Virus record (IMG/VR): IMGVR_UViG_3300048838_001106
Coordinates: 1-64,000 of that record
Length of the DNA: 64,000 bases
Direction: 5' to 3' (one strand)
Source of the DNA: a virus
Every line of letters begins with the position of its first letter. Position 1 is the first letter of the stretch. The notes under the pieces are model-generated. The model worked only from the letters and a program-made list of their open reading frames with translations, ran no database searches and was not told the DNA's origin. The position numbers were made by a program, and so were the translations under genes. Below, in pieces: positions 1 to 9,567 of the stretch.

Positions 1-12
1 CCTTAGAAGAGC

Positions 13-1278
13 TTGGCTGTCACGCCCACCCCTGAGCCTCCCGTCGAGACGGTTGAGGCTGTCACGCCCACCCCTGAGCCTCCCGTCGAGACGGTTGAGG
101 CTGCTCCCACCCCAGAGCCCACCGCTGAGGACACCCTCCTCCGCCTTTGGCGCGGCCTCGTGGAGGGAGAGGTCGCGGTCAAGCGCGGCTTCGTGGAGGT
201 AGACATCGCGGTCAAGCGCGACCTATCCGTCGAGGAGGTTGGCCCCACGGGCTACCTAGACCGCACCCCGATGGACGGCGGCAGCGTCCAGGCAGGGGTA
301 GACCCCTGGGGTCGGAAGTACATCGCCGTGCGTTTACACGCACGTTCGAATGTTCCTGGCTCCGACGGTAGGACGGAGAAGACAGGCGTCGTAACGTTCT
401 TTGAGCGCTATGACGGTGGGGGCATGTGGACGTGGGGTAGCGCCCAGTTCGTGCACCTACCCTTTGAGCCACGGCTGAGCCTCGGCGATGCGTTCTCTGT
501 CTCGCACCTCATTGCAGGAGGTGCGGTCAAAGACGGCCCTGTGGGTGCGCCGAGGCTGAAACTCCGTCTTGCGGAGCCAGAGCCGGAGGCACAGCCGGAG
601 CCGCAGCCGGAGGCACAGCCGGAGGCACAGCCGGAGCCGGAGCCCTCACTAGAGGAGCTCCACATCCGCACAGAGCACCGCGCTGCTCTGCGCGACGTAC
701 GCAGAGCAATCCCGCGTGGCCAGGGCCACGCGGGCAGGGCGGTGGCCCTGATTACCCTGGTCGACGAGCATGTCGGCGGCAAGGATACCGACAGAGCGAG
801 AGCTCTGCGCGGCCTCCTTGCCGCTTGCGATCGCAATGGCGAGGACGCGCCTTACGCGCTGCGTCTGCCGATGTCGCGAATCATCTCATCGATGATTCGC
901 GATGGGCAGGGCTTCACGGCCGCGCTGGCCGTGAAGTGCTACGCGGAGGAGAAGGAGACAGCACCTCGGCGGGTGGTGCTCCCTCTAAGTGGCGCCCCAC
1001 TGGAGGCCACACTGTTCACATGCGCCAGGAGAGGCGTCCTGCGGAAGGCACCCAGGGACGTCACACCCCTGTATGGAGAGGACGCCTTCCGCGTATGGTA
1101 TGCGGAGGGACAGGACGTCTACGGTGTTGCCTTCGGCAGCACCGCGGATGGATCACTGCTCTTCTTGAGTGACTCAGGGCACCTCATTCTCATGGAGAAT
1201 GAAGTGTTCCTTATGGGGAACACGGCAAATGAGTCACCTCACACAATCTGGGAGGGTGTGCAAGAACTGCTCACCTGA
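13..1278 (+). CDS. Hypothetical protein with Pro/Glu-rich repeats (start uncertain)
   Basis: 421-aa ORF with AVTPTPEPPVETVE repeats and an EPEPEAQP linker; followed by a terminator. An in-frame TAG at 4-6 leaves only a TTG start. Confidence 0.6.
   Translation: MAVTPTPEPPVETVEAVTPTPEPPVETVEAAPTPEPTAEDTLLRLWRGLVEGEVAVKRGFVEVDIAVKRDLSVEEVGPTGYLDRTPMDGGSVQAGVDPWGRKYIAVRLHARSNVPGSDGRTEKTGVVTFFERYDGGGMWTWGSAQFVHLPFEPRLSLGDAFSVSHLIAGGAVKDGPVGAPRLKLRLAEPEPEAQPEPQPEAQPEAQPEPEPSLEELHIRTEHRAALRDVRRAIPRGQGHAGRAVALITLVDEHVGGKDTDRARALRGLLAACDRNGEDAPYALRLPMSRIISSMIRDGQGFTAALAVKCYAEEKETAPRRVVLPLSGAPLEATLFTCARRGVLRKAPRDVTPLYGEDAFRVWYAEGQDVYGVAFGSTADGSLLFLSDSGHLILMENEVFLMGNTANESPHTIWEGVQELLT
16..99 (+). repeat. 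Two exact 42-bp coding tandem repeats
   Basis: GCTGTCACGCCCACCCCTGAGCCTCCCGTCGAGACGGTTGAG at 16-57 and 58-99, plus a degenerate partial third copy. Confidence 0.9.
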
Positions 1279-1293
1279 TTGGTCTCCATACAC

Positions 1294-1317
1294 AGCCGCA
1301 ATTCCGCGGCTTTTTTT
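1294..1317 (+). terminator. Rho-independent terminator
   Basis: AGCCGC-AATTCC-GCGGCT stem-loop with a T7 run, between convergent genes. Confidence 0.75.
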
Positions 1318-1723
1318 AGCTGGGAGGGGCGTCGGCAGCAGGGTCATCAGCAGCGGCGTCGTCCGGCGATTCAAACGGACCTTCGAAGTTCTCTGACATC
1401 TTCATTTTGTCGCGCGTCTTCTTTTTAGGTATCAAGTCCAACCAGGACATCGTGACAACCGTCTTGCCCTCTTTGTCGTGTGTCCATTTCTCCTGCCGGA
1501 GAATCTTCTCACCACGCATGATGGACGACACGAGCTCCTCGAGCTCCAACACTTCGTCTTCCACACTGAGGTCGTACATGCGGTACTTGGCAGAATAGTG
1601 ATACCTCGACTGAATATCTTGCGCTGCCGACTTGCTTTCTGGATGTGTAGCCTGCCCGAAATCCTCTCCAGGGAAAGAAGGCACCGTAGGGTCTAGGAAA
1701 TTTACATTGTCTAAAAAACTCAT
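1316..1723 (-). CDS. Hypothetical protein downstream of the portal-like gene
   Basis: 135-aa ORF starting 2 nt after the stop of 1726-3450. Confidence 0.65.
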   Translation of the reverse strand: MSFLDNVNFLDPTVPSFPGEDFGQATHPESKSAAQDIQSRYHYSAKYRMYDLSVEDEVLELEELVSSIMRGEKILRQEKWTHDKEGKTVVTMSWLDLIPKKKTRDKMKMSENFEGPFESPDDAAADDPAADAPPS

Positions 1724-1725
1724 AC

Positions 1726-3450
1726 TTACATGCCTTGCTGAATTTGCGCGCGCGCTTCATTGGTTTGTTGCAATCTGGCCTCTTCCAGACGTTGTATGAT
1801 TACAGAGTACATTACGTAGTCCTCAGCCTGCATTGACGCAAGCTGCGATCGCCGTGACGACTCGTCCATGGACATCAATTCTTGGACCACCGCGTCAGCT
1901 TCACCGATGACGGCCTGCTGGTCGTAATTGAGACCGGGTGTGCCGCCAGCTTCCTGGAATGCCTGCTCGGCGATTGACGCCTCCGCAGCCCTTACCTTGC
2001 GCTCGATCTCCATTTGTTGTCGCGTCATTTCCACGGCTTCCTGTGCTTTCATACGGTCTTCTTCGTCGATGTCGATGTCCAACATCTCTGCAACACTGCG
2101 CCTCGACAGGAGCTGATAAGTTGCATCTGCCTGCAGCTGCAGCGACTTGTGTTGGATGTCGTCGACAAACTTAAACGGCGTGATTTCCGTTTCGATATGC
2201 TCCCACCCCATGTAATCGCCGAGTGACTCAGCAAGCCACTGTAACAGCCCTTCACTATCCGCCTTGTCCGCCAGGAGTTGGTTCTCCAACATGCGAAGAG
2301 TCACGGCAGACCCCGTGAAACTAAGCCCTCCCTCTATGAATTCGCGTGGGATACCCAATCCGCTGATGATGTTGCTCTCGGCTTCTCTGATTTCGCCGAG
2401 TGTTAGCAGTGTGCGTCCTTGACCTCCCATTTGAGTCACGCCCAACGCAACCGGCGCGAATTGAATATGCAACGGGTCACGCCTCCATTGCCGTATGGAT
2501 TTCTTTGTTTCTTCAATCCATGTGCCAAGGGAGATGGTTGACGCAGGGTCATTGGACCCGGATGTTGCCGCGGGATGAAGAACGCGCATTGGAACTAAGT
2601 GGTCTAATGCGATTGCTTCGTTAGCCTTTCTCAACACCTCGGTGTAGTAGAACTGCTTCATCACAGCAATCAGTGCTGGAAAGCCCCATGCGTTGTCTAC
2701 CCCAGCAGGTGCAGGCCTCTTCACGTGATAGATCTTGGTGCGATCGAACTTGAAGACCTTCTTGTCTTTGGCCGCACGCAGGAAGCCTTTCGGTGTTCCA
2801 TTGATTACAGTTGGATCGCCTTTCTCTATCTGCTCAGTCAACGCCGAAGGCAGGGAATAGTAGTAATCAGTCTCACCCGTGATGGGATTGTGTGTGAGAT
2901 TCATCTGTTTTGGGTCCCAGTGGATGATGTTAATCCGCTTGGGGTCGTAGATCTTGATGTCCTTTATTTCAGACAGGGTTAGGCTGGTTTTTGTGTTACA
3001 AGACTTGCAGGTGAACGCTAGACTGCACTTCTCCCTGGAGTACTTGTATGCACCTACATGTCTGATGTCCCACATCGTATTGCAGTGTTTGCAAGTTAAC
3101 AGCCGCTTGAAAGGGAAGTACACCGATACGAATCCATTGCCGTATATCGCGCGGTTCAACGCTGCCTGTTTCAGCGTGGTTTTGATACGCATTCTTTTTA
3201 CGAACAGCTCCTCGTAGTCGTGCCGGAGCTGTTTGTTATCCGTCTTGAAAGACACATCCGTGATGATGTAGTCAACAAGCTTCTGCAGCGCGATGAAAAT
3301 GTGCGGTGAGTTGTAGTAAAGGTACTCCGTCCAGCGAAACATGTCCTTCAACTTTCGAGGCATAAAGCCCGTCAAGTAGTTGAACATCGGATTTGGGTGC
3401 GCGTTGGACTGGCCTAGCAGATCTGTTGGTTCGCGTGTTGCCTGTGACAT
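1726..3450 (-). CDS. Probable portal protein
   Basis: 574 aa on the virion-gene strand. Portal-like segments (IYGNGFV, KIYHVK..P, WGFP, I..GLGIP.EF), helical C-terminus and an inserted CKHC...CKSC zinc-ribbon motif. Confidence 0.55.
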   Translation of the reverse strand: MSQATREPTDLLGQSNAHPNPMFNYLTGFMPRKLKDMFRWTEYLYYNSPHIFIALQKLVDYIITDVSFKTDNKQLRHDYEELFVKRMRIKTTLKQAALNRAIYGNGFVSVYFPFKRLLTCKHCNTMWDIRHVGAYKYSREKCSLAFTCKSCNTKTSLTLSEIKDIKIYDPKRINIIHWDPKQMNLTHNPITGETDYYYSLPSALTEQIEKGDPTVINGTPKGFLRAAKDKKVFKFDRTKIYHVKRPAPAGVDNAWGFPALIAVMKQFYYTEVLRKANEAIALDHLVPMRVLHPAATSGSNDPASTISLGTWIEETKKSIRQWRRDPLHIQFAPVALGVTQMGGQGRTLLTLGEIREAESNIISGLGIPREFIEGGLSFTGSAVTLRMLENQLLADKADSEGLLQWLAESLGDYMGWEHIETEITPFKFVDDIQHKSLQLQADATYQLLSRRSVAEMLDIDIDEEDRMKAQEAVEMTRQQMEIERKVRAAEASIAEQAFQEAGGTPGLNYDQQAVIGEADAVVQELMSMDESSRRSQLASMQAEDYVMYSVIIQRLEEARLQQTNEARAQIQQGM

Positions 3451-3503
3451 ATCTCTCCTGCTGCTTAATTCGAGCAGCGTACAATAAAGAAAGTGTTGTG
3501 CCT

Positions 3504-5642
3504 ATGAACCCAATTCAAATTCATCTCTCGTACACACATAAGTGTCCCGTATTTGTTACACCTGCCCAGGACAATGACTTGAGCAGGGTGTTCGGCGGAA
3601 AGAAGGACAAGAGCACATCTTTGACTATGTTTCCTGCTACGGAGCCATACGCCTCCGTAGTACTGCAAGACCTGGCGGTGGTCTTTGGCGATCGCGTCGT
3701 GTTCACTGACGAGGCCGCGGCCTTTGTTGCCCGCCTGACGAAGCGAAAGGAGGATGCCAGGAACAAGCTACTACCTGCAGCTTTCACATATCACACTGTA
3801 CCGTTTGAGCACCAGAAGGAAGCAGTTCTCAGGGCGTTTTATGAGCCAAGGACCGGCATTTTGTTCGATTGCGGCCTGGGCAAGACCAAGACGGTCATCG
3901 ATATATTGACGGCAGCCAAGGCTGACAATCCTGCCATGAAAACCCTGGTAGTAGTACCGCCACATCTGCCAAGAAACTGGGCACGTGAATTTGAAAAGCA
4001 GGCCCCAGGAAAATTCGACGTGTGCGTATTCTTGGACAAAAACAACAAGACACTTGACTGGCAAGCGCGCCGACACATCTACAAAGGCACACGAGATAAA
4101 AACCCAGCCCCAGGCACGTGGGCTTCCCTGGTGTACAAAGACGTTTTGTATGAGCCCCTGGACAGCCCACCAGAAGAACTGGCCTCGCTGGAGAAAGAGT
4201 ACCTGCGTCTTGTAGACAGCGGTGAGGCGTCTACAAGTGTCCGAAACAAGATGAGAAGCGTTGCCAAGAAGCTTGGCGTAGAGCTTACGTCTGCTGCGAA
4301 GAAGCTCAGCCCCACGCCAAAGCCTGCCAGGGACTACGACGTTGTAGTTGTATCTACTTCCATTCTTGAAGGCGACGACGACGTTGACTTGATTTTGAAA
4401 TACGTTCCCTATGACGCGATCATCTTCGATGAATCGCACGCTTTTAGAAGTCCGCGGTCTAAGAGATCTAAAGCCGCTATCAAGTTGGCTGAGCGCGTGG
4501 ACAGGCGGCACATCATGACAGGAACTCCGTCTCTCGGAGATCCCATGCACATGTTTGCGCAGCTAAGTATCATAGGGGATTTTCTTGTGGATTCCTGGTA
4601 CAAATTTCGGAAACGATACGTCGTACTCAAACAGGTAGAGCGTTACGGGAAGACGTACGACGAGTCTGTTGCGTACAAGTCTCTGAACGTTCTGAATGAG
4701 CTCGTGACGATGTCTTCTATACGCAAACGTGCAGAGGACTGCCTGGACCTGCCAGCTGTGAGGATCATTGACTACGTCGTAGACGTCAGCGAGACGACCA
4801 AAACGCTCTACAATCAAATGGCCACGGAGAGTGCTGTAGGATTGGCGGAGGACCAGCCGAACGTAAAAGCAGCGCACGCTGCTGATCGAAATTCAAAGTT
4901 GTTTCAAATCCTTGGGGGGTTTGTGTACGACTCTGGCAAGAACTATAAGCTCTGTGAAGACTGTCCGTTCCTGCTGGAATGCGTCAAAAACAACGTCAAA
5001 CCATACACACAAGCGTGTCACGTTGAGAAGGAGGCGCCACCAAAAACAACGATTCGCACAGGGTGCACCGCCAAGCGAGACAGCTGCGCCGACCTTGTCG
5101 ACACGATTCTTAATGAGTCTGACTCAAAAGTCATCGTCTGGGCTGTGTACAAGGAGGAGCTGGAGATGCTTTCGGAAGCATTCCAGGACCGAGGCTTAGG
5201 TTTTGTGCGTGTGGATGGGAGTACAAAAGACAAGGTCGCGGCAGAGGACGCCTTTAATAACGACCCCTCTTGCAGAATCTACCTGGCGCAAATCGCCACA
5301 GGGGTTGGCATCACACTAACTAGCGCCAACTACACTATTTACTACAACGTCACATTCGACTTGAGTGAGTATGAGCAGTCAAGGAAACGCAATGAGCGCA
5401 TATCACAAACGCGGTCGGTGACGGTCTATCACATGCTCGTGAAAGGCTCGGTCACTGACTATATCTTTCGCTCCCTGCGAAGAAAACAAGAAATTTCAGA
5501 CTCGATCACATCACACATTGAGTGTAGTGTATGTGCTCTCAGCGAGCAGTGTTCATTGGAGGGCGTCCGCCCCTTCTCTGAAGGCTGCATTTACTCGACG
5601 AAAGGAAGAAAGGTGAAGGTGAAACCCGCCTTATTGGAGTGA
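3504..5642 (+). CDS. SNF2-like SF2 helicase
   Basis: Motif I DCGLGKT, motif II FDESH, motif III MTGTP, motif V GVGITLT and motif VI QSRKRNERISQ. The ATG at 3504 avoids overlap with the portal gene. Confidence 0.85.
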   Translation: MNPIQIHLSYTHKCPVFVTPAQDNDLSRVFGGKKDKSTSLTMFPATEPYASVVLQDLAVVFGDRVVFTDEAAAFVARLTKRKEDARNKLLPAAFTYHTVPFEHQKEAVLRAFYEPRTGILFDCGLGKTKTVIDILTAAKADNPAMKTLVVVPPHLPRNWAREFEKQAPGKFDVCVFLDKNNKTLDWQARRHIYKGTRDKNPAPGTWASLVYKDVLYEPLDSPPEELASLEKEYLRLVDSGEASTSVRNKMRSVAKKLGVELTSAAKKLSPTPKPARDYDVVVVSTSILEGDDDVDLILKYVPYDAIIFDESHAFRSPRSKRSKAAIKLAERVDRRHIMTGTPSLGDPMHMFAQLSIIGDFLVDSWYKFRKRYVVLKQVERYGKTYDESVAYKSLNVLNELVTMSSIRKRAEDCLDLPAVRIIDYVVDVSETTKTLYNQMATESAVGLAEDQPNVKAAHAADRNSKLFQILGGFVYDSGKNYKLCEDCPFLLECVKNNVKPYTQACHVEKEAPPKTTIRTGCTAKRDSCADLVDTILNESDSKVIVWAVYKEELEMLSEAFQDRGLGFVRVDGSTKDKVAAEDAFNNDPSCRIYLAQIATGVGITLTSANYTIYYNVTFDLSEYEQSRKRNERISQTRSVTVYHMLVKGSVTDYIFRSLRRKQEISDSITSHIECSVCALSEQCSLEGVRPFSEGCIYSTKGRKVKVKPALLE

Positions 5643-5645
5643 CCC

Positions 5646-6140
5646 ATGACAATGAAGCTGAAAGCGACGCTCACTATAGACCTGCACGGTTTAGAAGAGA
5701 TTGTTCGAGAGCACGTGGCTGCCGCTGGCTACGTGCTGGAAGAGCTAGACGTGCGTCTGCACGAAGACCAACCAGAGCTGCACTGCGATGTGCGGCCTAT
5801 GACACGCGAGGAAGCCGACGCCGTTGCGTTGGAGACACGATCTCCAGAGGAGCGCATGCACGAAATGCTGCGTATGTACACCGAAGAAATCCAGGAACAA
5901 TTGATGTCGCTAGAAGACGCTATTCGCGGCGCAAACTTGGGCGCAGAAACACCCAAAGTATCGTCGCAGCCAGCGTCGCTTCTTCCGTCCACCGTGCGTG
6001 TCACGCACCTTAACCCCGCAGCGAAGATTAGTGCGGAAGCTGCTGCGGCTCGGAAATCAGAACTGAGGAAACAAATGCAAGCAGAAGCTCTGCTGGTAGC
6101 AGACCCGATTGAATCGTTTGAGGAGTATCCACATGACTGA
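5646..6140 (+). CDS. Hypothetical protein
   Basis: 164-aa ORF coupled to its neighbours; GGAG upstream. Confidence 0.65.
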   Translation: MTMKLKATLTIDLHGLEEIVREHVAAAGYVLEELDVRLHEDQPELHCDVRPMTREEADAVALETRSPEERMHEMLRMYTEEIQEQLMSLEDAIRGANLGAETPKVSSQPASLLPSTVRVTHLNPAAKISAEAAAARKSELRKQMQAEALLVADPIESFEEYPHD

Positions 6141-7290
6141 GGGCATAGAGTTTGAAGTCGAAGAAGAAAGATCGGATTCGGATGTGTTCATCCCAGACCA
6201 CGTGTTGGATGCGGCGCAGGCCAATGCAGACATCCTGCTTTCGAAGCTGGACCCTGCTGACCCCACGGCGCTGGCACTGTCCGACTTGAAAAACAATGCA
6301 GCTGTTCAGGGGTGGAGAGAAACGATGTGCGCAAATCCAAGCGCGCTCACAACACTGTTGGAGAACACGCAGAAATACACCTTGCCGAAAACGTTCATGT
6401 CGTACTCGCAAGTAAACCTGTTCAAGATCTGTGGCGAGCGATACCGCAGGTCCTATGTGGAGAATCAGCCAAGAGGGTCGTCGTCTAACATGGCGCATGG
6501 AAAGATGATTCACTCGGTGGTTGAGGATCTAAATCGCATCAAAATGCGCGGTGAGGACGCCGAGTGGTACGCCGCGCTTGCAGCAGGTAAGCAGCCTGTT
6601 GCTGCGCTAGACACTGCCAACGACCTCATCAGTTCGTACATGGGATCTGCTACGGCGGGTGTGGAAACCTGGGACCCTAAAGTTCCAGACACGAAAGTGT
6701 TCGAAGACTCTGCGCGTCAGATGGTGAGTCTATACGTCAAAGAGCGTCTGCCACTAACCCTGCCAAAAGCATTGGAAGTTCGCGTCATCGACTGGATAAA
6801 CGGCACAGTCCCATTCCAGGGTTACATCGACATGGTGGAGCACAACATCATGGCGTTCGTAGATGAAGAGGGGGAGATTCCATCAATCATCGACCTCGCT
6901 AGTGCGCAGACCACGGTGTTTAACGCAGCAGACAAGGTCGTGGACTTGAAAAACACTGGAAAGGTTTACGGCGAGACTCGGGTCGTGAATTCCCTGCAGC
7001 TCAGCATCTACTCCATGATTACCGGTGTGGAGCGTGTGGCCTATGACCTGCTGGTTCAGACAAAGACTCCAAAGTTTGTTCACCAGGAAGCGTGGCGAAC
7101 GCCGACGGAGCTAGAACACGCAGCAGATGTGGTAGAAGACGTGGCACGCAGCATCTCCGCTGGCATCTTCCCGAGGACAGACCCTGAAAGCTGGGTCTGT
7201 AACGCGAAATGGTGCGAATACTACTCAGACTGTCGTGAAAGGAGGAGAGGGAAGCAGATCACAACAATTAGCGAGGTGGTAGATGGATAA
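6133..7290 (+). CDS. PD-(D/E)XK nuclease, Cas4/RecB/AddB-like
   Basis: SYSQVNLFKIC, G..IH, E...D...VDLK catalytic pattern, QL.IY, C-terminal CNAKWCEYYSDC (1+3 Cys Fe-S staple). GAGGAG RBS before ATG 6133. Confidence 0.8.
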   Translation: MTEGIEFEVEEERSDSDVFIPDHVLDAAQANADILLSKLDPADPTALALSDLKNNAAVQGWRETMCANPSALTTLLENTQKYTLPKTFMSYSQVNLFKICGERYRRSYVENQPRGSSSNMAHGKMIHSVVEDLNRIKMRGEDAEWYAALAAGKQPVAALDTANDLISSYMGSATAGVETWDPKVPDTKVFEDSARQMVSLYVKERLPLTLPKALEVRVIDWINGTVPFQGYIDMVEHNIMAFVDEEGEIPSIIDLASAQTTVFNAADKVVDLKNTGKVYGETRVVNSLQLSIYSMITGVERVAYDLLVQTKTPKFVHQEAWRTPTELEHAADVVEDVARSISAGIFPRTDPESWVCNAKWCEYYSDCRERRRGKQITTISEVVDG

Positions 7291-7486
7291 GTTTGGCGTT
7301 GTAACTGTTCCGGCCAGCAAGTGCCCGCTGTGCGGATCGCCAGTTAAGCAAGACGGCACAACCATCCGATGCCCCATACACGGCACAGAACCATTTGAAG
7401 GAAATTTATCGGATGAAACTCCTGAAGAGTATGATGATTCAGCTGGCAAGGAACGTGTTGTTTCTCCACCGAGTCGTCAGAGCTGA
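7283..7486 (+). CDS. Small zinc-ribbon protein
   Basis: CPLCG...CPIHG motif; GAGGTG RBS; overlaps the upstream stop. Confidence 0.6.
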   Translation: MDKFGVVTVPASKCPLCGSPVKQDGTTIRCPIHGTEPFEGNLSDETPEEYDDSAGKERVVSPPSRQS

Positions 7487-7530
7487 ACGAAAAGGCGCGC
7501 GTCAAGAAGACCCGCCGCTAGAGGTGGCGT

Positions 7531-8514
7531 ATGGAGAAAGACCAGACAATATTGTGGAATTCCGGCAACGGAAGATCACGCTTGATTGACTTGAAGGAAC
7601 TGGACGTCGGAGAAAACATCCGTGACGTAGGTGACATTGCAGAGCTGGCCGCGTCTATCGTGGCGGTGTACGAAGTATCTGGGGGGCACAAATATCTGCT
7701 GCAGCCTGTGGTTGTACGCAGGACGAAGAAGGGAGACAAGAAGTTTAGTCTTCGGTATGGATATCGAAGGGTCGCAGCGCTACGGTATCTGGCAGAAAAA
7801 CATCCAGACAAGTGCATATGGGCAAACAAGGTGCCAGCACTTGTAGATGAGGACGACTACGACGAGGTAGATGGTGCGGGTGTTGCGTACCAGCTTATCG
7901 AAAACATCCAGCGCGAGAACATGGACATCTTGGACGAGGCACATGCCATTGAGCGCTTCATTGAAGTGAGCGGGCAGTCTCAGTCCGCTGCAGCAAAGAC
8001 GTTTGGAAAAAGTAAGGGGTGGGTGTCGCAGCGCTTAGCGTTGCTAAAGACAGATGCCACAGTGCAAAGCGCCGTTCAAGACAAGAAGATCGGACAGGCA
8101 ACTGCCAGAGAGCTCGGCAAAGCGTCCAAAGAAAATCAGCGAGCTATTGTCGCCGAGATCGTCAGTAGCGACAAGGAGATCCCGACTGAGGACGTCAGAG
8201 ATCTGGTAGACTTGTTGTCAGCGCGTATCGCTGACCCAGAGACATCGCACGAAGACAGGGTGTCTCTGATAAAAGAGAGAGCGCCATATCTCAATGGGGC
8301 GGGACAGGACCCAGTCGTGACGGAAAAGAAGACAGCGCCGACGCCTGTATCGTCTACCGGTGGGGCAGACAAATACCGGCAGGCTATGGAAGACGCCTTA
8401 GCCAAACATGACAAGTTGCGTGCAGCTTTCTATGCAGGGGCGGAGCAGGGGCTGTTGTACGCTAGTGGCGAAAGAAAGGTCATTCGGTTTCCCAAAAATT
8501 TGGAAGAAGATTGA
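7531..8514 (+). CDS. ParB/Spo0J-like protein
   Basis: LLQPVVV, YGYRRVAA (GxRR box), ENIQRENM, and HTH QSAAAKTFGKSKGWVSQRLALL. Confidence 0.8.
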   Translation: MEKDQTILWNSGNGRSRLIDLKELDVGENIRDVGDIAELAASIVAVYEVSGGHKYLLQPVVVRRTKKGDKKFSLRYGYRRVAALRYLAEKHPDKCIWANKVPALVDEDDYDEVDGAGVAYQLIENIQRENMDILDEAHAIERFIEVSGQSQSAAAKTFGKSKGWVSQRLALLKTDATVQSAVQDKKIGQATARELGKASKENQRAIVAEIVSSDKEIPTEDVRDLVDLLSARIADPETSHEDRVSLIKERAPYLNGAGQDPVVTEKKTAPTPVSSTGGADKYRQAMEDALAKHDKLRAAFYAGAEQGLLYASGERKVIRFPKNLEED

Positions 8515-8539
8515 CCTGACCACAGCGCAGATGTATAGG
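8511..8539 (+). promoter_or_regulatory. Possible sigma70-like promoter upstream of the SSB-like gene
   Basis: TTGACC-17 nt-TATAGG at the start of a ~140-nt intergenic gap. Confidence 0.35.
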
Positions 8540-8656
8540 ATTACAATCCCCTGTACGTGGCGTATGTGGGCAACATAAACCAGGGTGGCCAACCAATCAC
8601 GCAGCCAATTTCAGCTGCTTGTGGTCAGGGCTGACTTACACAAAGGAAACGAAAAG

Positions 8657-9493
8657 ATGTCCGAACTTGCATTGTATGACGCGGTCCCAGAACTGCAAAC
8701 TCTTGCTCTCAACGATGAGCAACTCGAGCCTTATCAAAACTTGGTGAGCATGATGACCAGCGCACCAGAAGGCGCTGAAGAAGCGAACACCGGGTGGCGT
8801 GCCGAGATCGTAAAGATCTACACAGGCACAACCACAGACGCCGGGGCTCCCGGAGACGCTAAGAAGGGCGACATCTGGTCTGCAGGAGAGATCCTGTGGT
8901 CAGAGCACATCCAGGGCAGGTCTAAGCCTTGGATGTTCGTGCCAGTGTATTACTGGCCAAGCCGCGCGCGCTTCCGAAAGAATGAGAAAACGCCGTCTTG
9001 CCGATCGATTGACGGCAAGACAAACATCGAAGGTACGATCAAATGTGAGGACTGTCCGGACCTGCCGTTCCGCAACGGTGCTCGCACGGATTGCCAGAAC
9101 GCTCACAACTTTGTTGTGGTACCTCTGGACTTGTCTGGGCTGTATCACATCAGCTTTTCGAAGACGTCTTCAAAGGCTGGTACCAACATCAACAAAGTTA
9201 TGCGTACCAAGAAATCCTTGTGGAGCATGGCATGGGGTCTGACCACGCAGTCGAACACAAACGACGGCAACACATGGCACACATTCGCCACGGCGTCGTT
9301 TGCGTCTGTTCCACTTCCAGCAGGGATGGACGAGTTTTGCCGCTTCGTGTCCGGAGAGGTCAGGAAAGGACGAGAGAAGTCTCTGGAAGTCCACGCGGAG
9401 CGCGTGCGCAAAGTCCAGAGCTTGCTGGACGGGGAGATTCCAGGCCAGTTAGCAGACACCGCTGACGAGCCTGGATTCGAAGACAGCATGTAA
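8657..9493 (+). CDS. Putative ssDNA-binding/recombination protein
   Basis: Position in the replication cluster, aromatic-rich beta-type core, Cys motif (CRS..CEDC..C) and acidic tail DTADEPGFEDSM. AAGGA RBS before ATG 8657. Confidence 0.45.
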   Translation: MSELALYDAVPELQTLALNDEQLEPYQNLVSMMTSAPEGAEEANTGWRAEIVKIYTGTTTDAGAPGDAKKGDIWSAGEILWSEHIQGRSKPWMFVPVYYWPSRARFRKNEKTPSCRSIDGKTNIEGTIKCEDCPDLPFRNGARTDCQNAHNFVVVPLDLSGLYHISFSKTSSKAGTNINKVMRTKKSLWSMAWGLTTQSNTNDGNTWHTFATASFASVPLPAGMDEFCRFVSGEVRKGREKSLEVHAERVRKVQSLLDGEIPGQLADTADEPGFEDSM

Positions 9494-9507
9494 TCTCGCT
9501 ACGACTG

Positions 9508-9544
9508 AAAAGGCGAACCAGATACGCTGGTTCGCCTTTTTTTT
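9508..9544 (+). terminator. Rho-independent terminator (possibly bidirectional)
   Basis: Perfect 14-bp stem AAAAGGCGAACCAG-ATACG-CTGGTTCGCCTTTT ending in T8. Confidence 0.85.
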
Positions 9545-9567
9545 ACCCTCTCTGACACAGGATACTT

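Noticed and set aside
7774-7784. Partial copy GCAGCGCTACG inside the ParB-like gene
   Set aside because: It lacks the second hairpin arm and all other unit elements; probably chance.
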